Both the position numbers and the translations under genes were made by a program. Of a stretch of DNA of 64,000 nucleotides, positions 1-9,143 are shown piece by piece. Where the stretch lies: NCBI GenBank assembly GCA_051003355.1, contig JBPCLK010000050.1, forward strand, positions 2,468 to 66,467. The letters are read 5' to 3'. This stretch comes from Chthoniobacterales bacterium (lineage in GTDB: Bacteria > Verrucomicrobiota > Verrucomicrobiia > Chthoniobacterales > UBA10450). Within the stretch, counting starts at the first letter, position 1. Each line of letters begins with the position of its first letter. The notes below the pieces were generated by a model that made no database searches, had not been told where the DNA came from, and saw only the letters and a program-made list of their open reading frames with translations.

Positions 1-369
1 TTCGCGGCGACCGCGGCGCACCCGGCGGAGCGCATGTCGGTCACGGCCTTTAATCACCTGTCGCAGTTCCGGGAGCGGGCGCGGAAATTGATCGCCACAA
101 ATCGTCGGTTACTCGATGCATTTCTCGATTCGCGCTCCGATCTCGAGTGTTTCCGCCCGCCTGGAGGAACGGTCGTCTTCCCTCGCCTGGCGAAGGGCGA
201 TCCCGCGAAATTTTTTTTGCTGCTGCGCGAAAAATACGAAACCTCCGTGGTGCCGGGCGAGCTTTTCGAGAGACCACGCCATTTTCGTCTCGGTATCGGA
301 GGGCCCACCAAAGAACTGCGAGCCGGCCTTGAGCGATTGAGCGCAGCCCTGGAGGAATTTGCAGCCTAA
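1..369 (+). CDS. PLP-dependent aminotransferase (class I/II-like), C-terminal fragment; 5' end lies outside the window
   Basis: Frame is open from the window edge to TAA 367-369. The tail ...VVPGELFERPRHFRLGIGGPTKELRAGLERLSAALEEF resembles aminotransferase C-termini. Confidence 0.55.
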   Translation, partial: FAATAAHPAERMSVTAFNHLSQFRERARKLIATNRRLLDAFLDSRSDLECFRPPGGTVVFPRLAKGDPAKFFLLLREKYETSVVPGELFERPRHFRLGIGGPTKELRAGLERLSAALEEFAA

Positions 370-441
370 CGACCTCCAAAAACCGCAGCACGAGACGTAG
401 AGCTGCAGTTTGGGTGCGGAGTACAACCGGTCGGGATTTCA

Positions 442-891
442 GTGAGCATCGAGCCTTGCTTTATATCGTATTACGATATATCTCGGGACGTGAAGAAACT
501 GGAATACGAGACGCTGGCGGCCTTTCGCTATGAGATGCGGAAGTTCCTGCGCTTCAGTGAGGACGCTGCGCGGGCGCATGCGCTCACTCCCCAGCAATAC
601 CAAGCCTTGCTCGCGATCGAGGGTTCTCCAGGACGCAACCAACTCAACGTAGGCGAACTGGCGGAGCAACTTCAGGTGACCGCGCATAGTGCGGTCGGTT
701 TGGCGGATCGTTTGGAAAAGGCAAAGCTCATCGAGCGCCATTCTTCGGAGGAGGATCGACGGCAGGTTTTCGTAAAGTTGACCCCTCTAGGACGGAGCCG
801 GCTCGAGCAGGTGGCCGCTCGTCATCGAAAGGAATTGCGGACGGCGGGGCCGCTCCTCGTCGGTCTGCTGGAGAGGGTAAAACGCCTGTAA
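442..891 (+). CDS. MarR-family transcriptional regulator
   Basis: 149 aa. Winged-helix pattern LTPQQYQALLAIEG...LNVGELAEQLQVTAHSAVGLADRLEKAKLIER...DRRQVFVKLTPLG is typical of MarR. Confidence 0.8.
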   Translation: MSIEPCFISYYDISRDVKKLEYETLAAFRYEMRKFLRFSEDAARAHALTPQQYQALLAIEGSPGRNQLNVGELAEQLQVTAHSAVGLADRLEKAKLIERHSSEEDRRQVFVKLTPLGRSRLEQVAARHRKELRTAGPLLVGLLERVKRL

Positions 892-892
892 C

Positions 893-2671
893 ATGTCGCG
901 CCTCACTGATACCCGCCGGCTTGTCTGGCTTTCGTTCCTCGCGCTAGGTCTGGGTGCAGTTATGGCTCCGGTTTCCCAGTTTTTGCTCTGGTTGATTGGA
1001 GTCATTACCTCGGTCGCATTCTTTGGGAAATTCGATCACGCGACGCTCACGCCGATCGGCAATCATCTTGGCCTCGGAGTGATTCTCGTGCCCGTAATCG
1101 GCGGCCTCATCGTCGGTCTGATGGCGCGCTTTGGATCACCTGCGATCCGTGGCCACGGCATCCCCGAGGCGATGGAACAGGTGCTCGAAAATGCGAGCCG
1201 TATTCCAGCGCGGATCACCTGGCTGAAGCCTTTGTCAGCCGCCATTTCCATCGGAACTGGCGGCCCGTTCGGAGCGGAAGGCCCGATCATCGCTACCGGC
1301 GGCGCAGGCGGTTCGCTGGTCGGTCAGGTTCTCCCGACATCGGCGAGCGATAGAAAGACGCTCCTTGCCGCGGGCGCCGCCGCCGGGATGGCAGCGACGT
1401 TCGGCAGCCCTCTTTCGGCTGTTTTGCTTGCGATTGAGTTATTACTTTTCGAGTTCAAAGCGCGGTCCCTGGTTCCCGTAATCCTGGCGGTCACGGTCGC
1501 CACGGCGATTCGTGCCGCCTGGATCGGCAGCAAGCCGGTCTTCGCCATGCCGCAGGTTTTGCACGCGCCGACGGTGCCGGCGTTCTTTGCCCTGCTGGCC
1601 ATCGGAGCAGTGATGGGATTACTCGCCTTCGTCATTAGCAAGGCGGTCTACTTCGTGGAGGAAAACTTCGAGAAACTACCCGTTCACTGGATGTGGTGGC
1701 CGGCGCTGGGCGCCATCGCCGTCGGAATGATCGGCTTTTTCGAGCCGCGAACTCTTGGGGTCGGTTACAGCAACATCACTCTCAACCTGGCCGGCGCTCT
1801 GCCCGCCACCGCTATCCTGGCGTTGTGCTCACTCAAGTTCCTTTCCTGGAGTATCGCACTGGGCAGCGGGACTTCCGGCGGAACCCTCGCGCCCCTCATG
1901 ACCATCGGCAGCGGTCTCGGTCTTGTCGCGGGCGTCGTGGTGCATCCCTTCGTGCCAAGCTTGGACGTGCATCTCGCAGCCCTCGTGGGCATGGCCTGCG
2001 TCTTTGGAGGAGCTTCGCAGGCCATATTGGCCTCGGCCGTTTTTGCCTACGAAACAACCGGGCAAACCCAAGCGATCTTTCCCATCCTGGCTTCCTGCGC
2101 AGTCGCGCTCCTGGTGGTGCGGGCGCTGGGAAAAACTTCGATCATGACGGAGAAAATCGAGCGCCGCGGAGTCAGCGTGCCGGCGGAATTCGGCGCGGAT
2201 GTTTTCGAGCATACCACCGTAGGAAAGGTGATGGAAAAAGAGGTGACGACCATCGCTTCCAATATGCCACTGCTGGAACTGGCCCGGCGCGTTTCTGCCC
2301 ATGACCCGGTTTATTCAAGGAGGCACGCACACCCCGTGGTTGATGACGCTGGCCGTTTGATCGGCATTATCACGCGCGGCGATCTGATGCGCGCTGTGGG
2401 GACCGCGACCGATTCGACGACCGTTCTTGAGGCCGCGTCGCAAAGTCTCGTGGTCACACATCCAGCTGAAACTCTGCACATCGCGATCCACAAACTTCTC
2501 CTGCATGACATCGGCCGGCTGCCCGTGGTAGATCCGCAGGACAGCATGCAGTTGGTGGGATACTTGAGCCGCGCAGCCATCCTCTCCGCGCGCTGGAAAC
2601 AGCTTCACGAAGAAACGTCGACGCATCGCACTTGGGTGCCCTGGAGAAGAGAGAAGATTTCCTCGCGATAG
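893..2671 (+). CDS. ClC-family chloride channel / H+-Cl- antiporter with a C-terminal CBS pair
   Basis: 592 aa and multi-TM. ClC selectivity motifs are present (GSPAIRGHGIPE, GGPFGAEGPII, GTSGGTLAPLM). The C-terminal soluble region has two CBS-like repeats. Confidence 0.9.
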   Translation: MSRLTDTRRLVWLSFLALGLGAVMAPVSQFLLWLIGVITSVAFFGKFDHATLTPIGNHLGLGVILVPVIGGLIVGLMARFGSPAIRGHGIPEAMEQVLENASRIPARITWLKPLSAAISIGTGGPFGAEGPIIATGGAGGSLVGQVLPTSASDRKTLLAAGAAAGMAATFGSPLSAVLLAIELLLFEFKARSLVPVILAVTVATAIRAAWIGSKPVFAMPQVLHAPTVPAFFALLAIGAVMGLLAFVISKAVYFVEENFEKLPVHWMWWPALGAIAVGMIGFFEPRTLGVGYSNITLNLAGALPATAILALCSLKFLSWSIALGSGTSGGTLAPLMTIGSGLGLVAGVVVHPFVPSLDVHLAALVGMACVFGGASQAILASAVFAYETTGQTQAIFPILASCAVALLVVRALGKTSIMTEKIERRGVSVPAEFGADVFEHTTVGKVMEKEVTTIASNMPLLELARRVSAHDPVYSRRHAHPVVDDAGRLIGIITRGDLMRAVGTATDSTTVLEAASQSLVVTHPAETLHIAIHKLLLHDIGRLPVVDPQDSMQLVGYLSRAAILSARWKQLHEETSTHRTWVPWRREKISSR

Positions 2672-2933
2672 ATACTGCGAGTGCCGGGTGTCTTTTTTGT
2701 CGGAACCTGGCGAAATATATCAGCGCCCAGAGAGGGCTGCAGATCACGAAAGAATACTGGCAGCCAGCCGGGCGAGTCGCATGAAAACGAAGCTCGGTCA
2801 GGTCCCGCAATCGAGAACACCGAACAGAAGACTCGGCAGTGCGCCTGCCGTAACGCTGAGGATCAAGCAGATCACTCCTCTCTCGCGAATTACGCTAGCC
2901 AGGCGCCAACAGGTCGGGCCGGACGCGGTGAGC

Positions 2934-3254
2934 TCAGTAGCCGAGCTCTGTCTTGCGCGCTTCCGCGGTCGGCAGCGGATCTTTCTTGGTCTCGATCGCG
3001 CCCTGTCCCGACTCCTGCACCTCGCGGGCCTTAATCGCGTTCAGTTCGATATCAGCAGAGTAATCCGCCGGAACATCGTCCTCGGCGTAAATCGCGTGCA
3101 CCGGACATTCATCGACGCAGGCCATGCAATCGATGCACTCATCCGGGTGAATAAGAAGCTGGCTGTCGACTTCGTAAAAGCAGGCGACGGGGCAGACGAG
3201 GACGCAATCGGTAAATTTGCACCCCACACACTTAGTCGTAACGATATGCGGCAT
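2934..3254 (-). CDS. fdxA: 7Fe (3Fe-4S/4Fe-4S) ferredoxin, Azotobacter FdxA type
   Basis: 106 aa. [62 protein letters not shown] is collinear with FdxA cysteine motifs. Divergent from the hydrogenase operon. Confidence 0.9.
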   Translation of the reverse strand: MPHIVTTKCVGCKFTDCVLVCPVACFYEVDSQLLIHPDECIDCMACVDECPVHAIYAEDDVPADYSADIELNAIKAREVQESGQGAIETKKDPLPTAEARKTELGY

Positions 3255-3538
3255 ATTTTAAATTCGGTTGTTATCTGGCAGAAAACAGGATGATCGTCGT
3301 TTTGCCAAGAATTCCTCATCCCCAGCGCGATCTGTGCCAATCGTGACGCCCTTAAACCAATCGGACCAGCGCGAATCTGAAGTGGCGGCATCCAGCGAAA
3401 GTTATGCTGCGCATACCGACGTGACCGAACGGCTTTTCTGACCGAGCGTTGCCAGTCAGTCAGAAACGCCGTAGATAACTCTTCGCGCTTGTCAGTGCGC
3501 GCGATAGTTCGGCCAAGCGATGCGATCGTAACAACACG

Positions 3539-4132
3539 ATGGATAAATCCAGTAGCCAGGAATTCCAGAAACGGCTCGGCCGGGTGGAGGAATTAATCGC
3601 GGCGCTGGAGAGCAGTCCCGATTCCGCCATGCGCGAGCAGGCGCGCGAGTTGATCCAATCGTTGCTGGATCTGCACGGGACTGGGATCGAGCGCATTCTT
3701 AGTGTGGTTTACGATTCGGGCGCCGGCGGTTCGGAGGTGATCGATGAACTGAGCCGCGATGATCTGGTTTCCGGCTTGTTGTTGTTGCACGGGCTGCATC
3801 CGCTCGATCTCGAAACTCGCGTGCGCAACGCGATCGAAGAAGTGAAACCGCGCCTCGGTCTGCACGGAGGTAGCGTCGATCTGCTCGGCGTGACGGAAGA
3901 CGGTCGCGTGCAGTTGAAGCTCCAGGGAAATTGCCACGAGTGCCCTTCATCACGGTTGACGCTTCGTTTCTCGATCGAGGAAGCGCTCTACGCGGCCGCG
4001 CCCGATCTCACCGGGCTCGATGTGGAAGGTCTTCCGGAAGAACATCCGATCGCGGAAAAAGAACTTCCGAAATTTACCGATTGTCCGCTCCCTACCTCTG
4101 GGAACGGCGTAACCGCAGGAGAAAACATATGA
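3539..4132 (+). CDS. NifU C-terminal-domain protein, hydrogenase-cluster associated
   Basis: 197 aa. HGGSVDLLGVTEDGRVQLKLQGNCHECPSS matches the NifU-C fold with its CxxC. First gene of the same-strand hydrogenase block. Confidence 0.75.
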   Translation: MDKSSSQEFQKRLGRVEELIAALESSPDSAMREQARELIQSLLDLHGTGIERILSVVYDSGAGGSEVIDELSRDDLVSGLLLLHGLHPLDLETRVRNAIEEVKPRLGLHGGSVDLLGVTEDGRVQLKLQGNCHECPSSRLTLRFSIEEALYAAAPDLTGLDVEGLPEEHPIAEKELPKFTDCPLPTSGNGVTAGENI

Positions 4133-4317
4133 ACCAACCACCACAACCAGTCCACATCCCAGGCACCGTGAAAGGCGAGGAACTCGCCCTCGACAGCAAG
4201 GAACCGGGCCGCGGCGAAGGCGGGAAGAGCTACACGACCGCGCGCGACGCGACCGGGATCAATCCCGAAGCGCGCGGGCCGATTCATCCCGACATGCCGA
4301 ATCTGCAGCCTGCGTAA
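4129..4317 (+). CDS. Small hypothetical protein (62 aa, predicted disordered, Pro/Gly/charged-rich)
   Basis: ATG 4129 overlaps the upstream stop (ATATGA). Third-position GC is high. Lies inside longer track ORF 3931..4317. No homology recognised. Confidence 0.45.
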   Translation: MNQPPQPVHIPGTVKGEELALDSKEPGRGEGGKSYTTARDATGINPEARGPIHPDMPNLQPA

Positions 4318-4398
4318 CAAGCTGCTCAAAACGCCGCGGCGCCTGCGCCGTGCTCTAGCCGGGGTCGGTGACCCCGGTGAGGCAATTACTTTCTCAAG

Positions 4399-5022
4399 AT
4401 GAGGCCTTCATCCTTTGCCACCCTGCGCCGATTCGCCGGCGCGCCGTCGACCAAAAGCAACGGAGCCGCTCCGCCGGTGCAACTGGAGCATTGCGAGCTC
4501 TGCAGCGTCCGGCTTGCGCCCACACATCGGCACCTGCTCGAGATGGCCACGCGGCGCATCGTCTGTTCCTGCGATCCGTGCGCGCTGCGCTTCGAGAGCG
4601 TGGTCGGCGGGAAATTCAAACTCATTCCGCGCGACGCGCACCCGCTGCCGGATTTCCAAATGACGGATATGGAATGGGAAGGTCTCTCACTGCCGATCAG
4701 CCTCGCTTTCTTCTTCTACGATACGCCTAACGAAAAAATGGCAGCGTATTATCCGAGCCCGGCCGGCGCGACGGAATCGCTCCTGCCGCTGACCGCCTGG
4801 GAAGCGCTGGTCGAGGCAAATTCAGTCCTGCGCGACATGCAGCCCGATGTGGAGACGCTGCTGGTCAATCGCACGCACGACGCGCGCGAATATTTCATCG
4901 CGCCGATCGATGTTTGTTTCGAGCTCGTCGGCCTGATCCGAGTTCACTGGCGCGGGTTTTCCGGCGGTGAAGAGGTCTGGCGCGAGATCAACGGCTATTT
5001 CGACCGCCTGAAGGAACGCTGA
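4399..5022 (+). CDS. Cys-rich conserved hypothetical protein (recalls the DUF5947 family seen next to group 1h hydrogenases)
   Basis: 207 aa. Cys cluster HCELCSV...IVCSCDPCALRF. The family assignment is from memory and needs an HMM check. Confidence 0.65.
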   Translation: MRPSSFATLRRFAGAPSTKSNGAAPPVQLEHCELCSVRLAPTHRHLLEMATRRIVCSCDPCALRFESVVGGKFKLIPRDAHPLPDFQMTDMEWEGLSLPISLAFFFYDTPNEKMAAYYPSPAGATESLLPLTAWEALVEANSVLRDMQPDVETLLVNRTHDAREYFIAPIDVCFELVGLIRVHWRGFSGGEEVWREINGYFDRLKER

Positions 5023-5657
5023 TGCCCGATCTCGACTTCAAGGTCACTGGTGTTGAGGCGGCCGTTTACGGCATCGCGCCACTCCTTCATTTCAAACTCG
5101 AGGTCACCAACACGCCTGCCGAGGAGATAATCCAGAGCGTGCAATTGCAGGCGCAGATCCAGATTCAATCGACGCAGCGCGCCTATGGGCCGGCGGAGAA
5201 GGAAAAGCTGGGCGAACTCTTCGGCACGCCCGATCGTTGGGGACAGACCTTGCGCGCGCGGCTCTGGACGCACGCCAGTGCCACGGTGCGGCAATTTTCC
5301 GGTGCCACGGAAACGGTTTTGTCGGTTCCGTGCACTTTCGATCTCAACGTCTCGGCCACGAAATATTTCTACGCCCTGGAAGGCGGCGAGGTCCCGCTGC
5401 TTTTCCTTTTTAGCGGGACGATTTTTTATCAAAACGCGAGCGACCAACTGCAGATCCAGCAAGTCTCCTGGAACAAGGAGTGCGCCTACCGAATGCCGAT
5501 CGCGCTCTGGAAGGAAATGATGGATGAGCATTATCCAAACACGGGGTGGCTCTCGCTCGAGCGCGGACTTTTCGAGCGGCTCTATGCTTTTCGCCGGCAG
5601 GAAGGCTTGGCCGATTGGGATAAAACGATCGCCCGCTTGCTAGGACCAGAAGCATGA
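5022..5657 (+). CDS. Conserved hypothetical protein (recalls the DUF6084 family seen next to group 1h hydrogenases)
   Basis: 211 aa. The start overlaps the upstream stop by 1 nt (TGATG). The family assignment is from memory. Confidence 0.65.
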   Translation: MPDLDFKVTGVEAAVYGIAPLLHFKLEVTNTPAEEIIQSVQLQAQIQIQSTQRAYGPAEKEKLGELFGTPDRWGQTLRARLWTHASATVRQFSGATETVLSVPCTFDLNVSATKYFYALEGGEVPLLFLFSGTIFYQNASDQLQIQQVSWNKECAYRMPIALWKEMMDEHYPNTGWLSLERGLFERLYAFRRQEGLADWDKTIARLLGPEA

Positions 5658-5671
5658 GAATGAAATTGTCG

Positions 5672-5799
5672 CGGGTAGGGTGGGCATCCTGCCGCCACAA
5701 ACTTTTCGCTGGCGGCGCGCGAGAACCTTGGAGGCTGATTTTAAAAGTCCAAAAAGGCAGGAGTCCTTTCCCGGCGGCCGGGACGCCCACCCTACCCGG
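5672..5799. repeat. About 128-bp intergenic palindromic element with long terminal inverted repeats
   Basis: CGGGTAGGGTGGGCATCCTGCCGCC (5672-5696) is nearly the reverse complement of GGCGGCCGGGACGCCCACCCTACCCGG (5773-5799). An internal hairpin GCCGCCA/TGGCGGC is also present. Confidence 0.6.
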
Positions 5800-5832
5800 G
5801 CTTATACCGCATCGGCCTGGGAGGACGCTCCT

Positions 5833-7182
5833 ATGAACACCGAACTCGTCGAGAAGGTCGTCAACGCAGTCCTCTACGAGGGCTACATTCTTTATCCCTA
5901 CCGCGCCACCTCGGCGAAGAACCGCGAGCGTTTTACTTTCGGGCGCGTTTATCCCGAGGATTACAGCGTCGCGCAACACGGCGCCGAGCCGTGCTCGATG
6001 CAGACCGAATGCCTGGTGCGCAACGAGTCCAAAGACGCGGTCGTCGCGATCAGTGTCCGGTTTCTGCATCCGATGGCGCGCGAAGTGGGACTGTTGCGCG
6101 AGCCGACTGCAGAAATTTCGCCGGAGCAACCGCCGGCCTTCGACATCGTGCCGGATTTTCGAGTCGGGGAGCAACTCTATCAAACGTGGCAGGAAGTGGT
6201 GGAGCAGAAGGTGGAGGTGCCGTCCTTCCCCCTCCGCGAGGCGTGGCAAACCACGCACGACTTCGCATTCCCTTCATCTCGCTCGGTCGAAGCGATTAGA
6301 GGCGCGGAAGAGATAATCAGCGCGGTCCTGGTGCGGCGACAGGACTCGGTGTGCGGCGCGATCGAGATCGTGGCCGAGCCAATCGACGACACGGTTTTCA
6401 AAATCAGCGTCCGCATTTTCAACCGCACGCCGGTTCCGCCTCACGAGATCGAAAATCAAAGCGCGATCATCATGCGCACCTTCACCTCGACCCACACCAT
6501 CCTGCACACCCAAGGCGGCGAATGGCTCTCCTTAACCGATCCGCCGCCGGCTTATGCGGAGGGCACCAAGGCCTGCAAAAATATCGGCACTTGGCCAGTG
6601 CTCGTCGGCGAAGAAAGCAAGAACGATCGCGATACGATGCTCTCGTCGCCGATCATTCTTTACGATTACCCGCAGATCGCGCCGGAGAGCCCGGGCGATC
6701 TTTTCGACGGGCTCGAGATTGACGAGATCCTCACTCTGCGCGTGATGGCGATGAGTGATGCGGAAAAAGTCGAGATGCGCCAGGTGGACGAGCAGGCGCG
6801 AAAAATTCTGGAACGCACGGAAAACATGTCGAGCGAGAAAATACTCCAGCTGCATGGCGTGATGCGGAGCCTCTCTTCTTCGAATGAAGATTTCTTCAAT
6901 CCATCGACCCAGAAGAAGACAGCGACGGTGGGCGGCGTGGAATTGAAAGCAGGTGACAAGGTGCGCATCCGCCCCAAGAAGCGCGCCGATGTCATGGACA
7001 TCGCGCTCGATGGAAAGATTGCTGTGATCGAGGCGGTGGAACAGGACGTGGAAGGCGGCGTGCAATTCGCGCTCGTGCTCGACGACGACCCCGGCCGCGA
7101 CCTCGGCATGATGCGCCAGCCGGGCCATCGGTTTTTCTATTCCACCGACGAAGTCGAGCCAGTGAAGGAAAGTGACAAGTGA
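5833..7182 (+). CDS. Hypothetical protein, 449 aa, hydrogenase-cluster associated
   Basis: ATG 5833 is preceded by GGGAGGA. The track ORF starts at 5680, but that extension runs through the palindromic element. No recognisable domain. Confidence 0.7.
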   Translation: MNTELVEKVVNAVLYEGYILYPYRATSAKNRERFTFGRVYPEDYSVAQHGAEPCSMQTECLVRNESKDAVVAISVRFLHPMAREVGLLREPTAEISPEQPPAFDIVPDFRVGEQLYQTWQEVVEQKVEVPSFPLREAWQTTHDFAFPSSRSVEAIRGAEEIISAVLVRRQDSVCGAIEIVAEPIDDTVFKISVRIFNRTPVPPHEIENQSAIIMRTFTSTHTILHTQGGEWLSLTDPPPAYAEGTKACKNIGTWPVLVGEESKNDRDTMLSSPIILYDYPQIAPESPGDLFDGLEIDEILTLRVMAMSDAEKVEMRQVDEQARKILERTENMSSEKILQLHGVMRSLSSSNEDFFNPSTQKKTATVGGVELKAGDKVRIRPKKRADVMDIALDGKIAVIEAVEQDVEGGVQFALVLDDDPGRDLGMMRQPGHRFFYSTDEVEPVKESDK

Positions 7183-7185
7183 CCG

Positions 7186-7776
7186 GTGATGAGTAACGAG
7201 ATGAGATCACCGGAGAGCGAATCGCCCGCTCCTTCTCGCTCTGCGCTCGTCGCTCCTGCAAAGCGAATTCTGGTCGCTGGGATTGGAAATATATTTTTTG
7301 GCGACGACGCGTTTGGTTGCGAGGTGGCGCGACAATTGTCCCGCCGCCGGCTGCCCGAAGGCGTGCGCGTAACTGATTTTGGCATTCGCAGTTACGACCT
7401 CGCCTACGCGATCATGGACGACTATGACGCGACGATTTTGGTCGACGCTTCGCCGCAAGGAAACGTTCCCGGGACGGTTTATCTCATCGAGCCGGATTTA
7501 AAAAAGCTGGACGAACTACCCGTGGAGGCCGTAAGTGCTCATAGCATGAATCCGGTTCGCGTTCTGCAACTGGTCCGCTCTCTCGGCGGCACGCCAGGAT
7601 TCTTAAGGGTGGTCGGGTGCGAGCCAGCCATCCTCGAAAATGAGGAAGGCGCGATGGGTTTAAGCGAACACGTTCAAGCCGCTGTTGCCCCGGCGATCGA
7701 AATGATCGAGTCGCTCATCCACGAAGTCCTACAACGTGCTCCGCTCCCCGCCACGGTCACCCAAACACCACATTGA
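7186..7776 (+). CDS. [NiFe]-hydrogenase maturation endopeptidase (HyaD/HupD/HoxM family)
   Basis: ILVAGIGNIFFGDDAFGCEVARQL...ILVDA is typical of the family. The start is GTG 7186 or ATG 7189. Confidence 0.85.
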   Translation: MMSNEMRSPESESPAPSRSALVAPAKRILVAGIGNIFFGDDAFGCEVARQLSRRRLPEGVRVTDFGIRSYDLAYAIMDDYDATILVDASPQGNVPGTVYLIEPDLKKLDELPVEAVSAHSMNPVRVLQLVRSLGGTPGFLRVVGCEPAILENEEGAMGLSEHVQAAVAPAIEMIESLIHEVLQRAPLPATVTQTPH

Positions 7777-7799
7777 ATTCGATGCTTTTGTCTACGCGT

Positions 7800-7937
7800 A
7801 TGAAACAAGAAGAAAATATGAACACAGCGGAACTCTGTTGGTTGGCCTTATTGGGCGGGATCGTCCTCGTGGCGGTCGTTGCCGTTCTTTCCATGATTCC
7901 AGAGATGCGTCGGTATTTGCGTCTCCGGAGCATGTAA
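7800..7937 (+). CDS. Small single-pass membrane protein (45 aa), below the ORF-track cut-off
   Basis: My translation is MKQEENMNTAELCWLALLGGIVLVAVVAVLSMIPEMRRYLRLRSM. It has one hydrophobic helix and a basic tail. Lies directly upstream of hhyS. An alternative start is at 7818. Confidence 0.4.
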   Translation: MKQEENMNTAELCWLALLGGIVLVAVVAVLSMIPEMRRYLRLRSM

Positions 7938-8050
7938 GCGTTTCCCTCTCCCAATTTTTTATATTTATTGAGCGATATGTGAGTTAGCAGATAACGAGAA
8001 GAGGCGTGCGCCTAACGAGACCGGCAACGCCAGACCAGGAGAAAAAAACT

Positions 8051-9115
8051 ATGGTAGCAGCGAACGAGACCTTCAAACATCGGGAGTCGCCCGTAAAAGA
8101 GATCCACGTGATCTGGATGACGACGGGCCTAGGTTGTGACGGAGATTCGGTTTCGATCACCGCGGCGACTCAGCCCAGTATCGAGGACCTGGTCATGGGA
8201 AATATCCCGGGCTTACCCAAAGTGCATGTGCACAACCCGGTCATCGCCTACGAAAACGGCGATGAGTTCATGAAATACTGGTACGACGCGGCCGAAGGCA
8301 AACTCGACCCATTCGTGCTCGTGATGGAAGGCTCCGTTCCGAACGAGAAAATCAAGAAAGAAGGCTACTGGGCCGCCCTCGGAACCGATGCGGTTACAGG
8401 CCAGCCGATCACGACGAACGAGTGGATCGATCGCCTCGCTCCGAAAGCACTCGGCATTGTCGCCTGCGGCACTTGCGCAACCTACGGCGGCATTCACGCC
8501 ATGGAAGGCAATCCGACTGGCGCTATGGGACTGGCGGACTATCTCGGTTGGGACTGGCGGTCCAAGGCCGGTCTGCCGATTGTCAATGTTCCCGGTTGCC
8601 CAGTGCAACCGGATAACATGATGGAGACGCTGCTTTATCTTCTCTACCAGGTCGCTGGCCTCGCACCACTCATCCCGCTCGATGATCAACTCCGTCCCAC
8701 GTGGCTCTTCGGCAAGACGGTCCACGAAGGCTGCGACCGTGCGGGTTACTATGAGCAGGGCGACTTCGCCCACGAGTACGGTTCGCCCAAGTGTCTCGTG
8801 AAGATCGGTTGCTGGGGTCCAGTCGTGAACTGCAACGTGACCAAGCGCGGCTGGATGGCCGGCATCGGCGGTTGCCCTAACGTCGGTGGCATCTGCATCG
8901 GCTGCACCATGCCGGGCTTCCCGGATAAGTTTATGCCCTTCATGGACGCGCCTCCGGGATCGGCTCTCTCCACCAAGGTCGTGGGCGCCTGGGGCGGGAT
9001 CCTGCGCAAGCTGCGTGCGATCACGAATACGACCGTGAACAAGGAACCGAAATGGCGTCATCCGCGCGCGGAACTCACGACGGGTTATGAGCCAAAAAAC
9101 TACGCGCGCAACTAA
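8051..9115 (+). CDS. hhyS: [NiFe]-hydrogenase small subunit, group 1h/5 type, no Tat signal
   Basis: The GLGCDGDS proximal-cluster motif and multiple Fe-S cysteines are present. ATG 8051 is preceded by AGGAG; the track ORF starts at GTG 8006. No RRxFxK twin-arginine motif. Confidence 0.9.
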   Translation: MVAANETFKHRESPVKEIHVIWMTTGLGCDGDSVSITAATQPSIEDLVMGNIPGLPKVHVHNPVIAYENGDEFMKYWYDAAEGKLDPFVLVMEGSVPNEKIKKEGYWAALGTDAVTGQPITTNEWIDRLAPKALGIVACGTCATYGGIHAMEGNPTGAMGLADYLGWDWRSKAGLPIVNVPGCPVQPDNMMETLLYLLYQVAGLAPLIPLDDQLRPTWLFGKTVHEGCDRAGYYEQGDFAHEYGSPKCLVKIGCWGPVVNCNVTKRGWMAGIGGCPNVGGICIGCTMPGFPDKFMPFMDAPPGSALSTKVVGAWGGILRKLRAITNTTVNKEPKWRHPRAELTTGYEPKNYARN

Positions 9116-9143
9116 CTATAGGTAACTCAACCGGAACACTATT

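Noticed and set aside
8006-8150. Twin-arginine signal on the hydrogenase small subunit
   Set aside because: No RRxFxK motif occurs in either start model. This is consistent with group 1h enzymes, so it is not an annotation problem.
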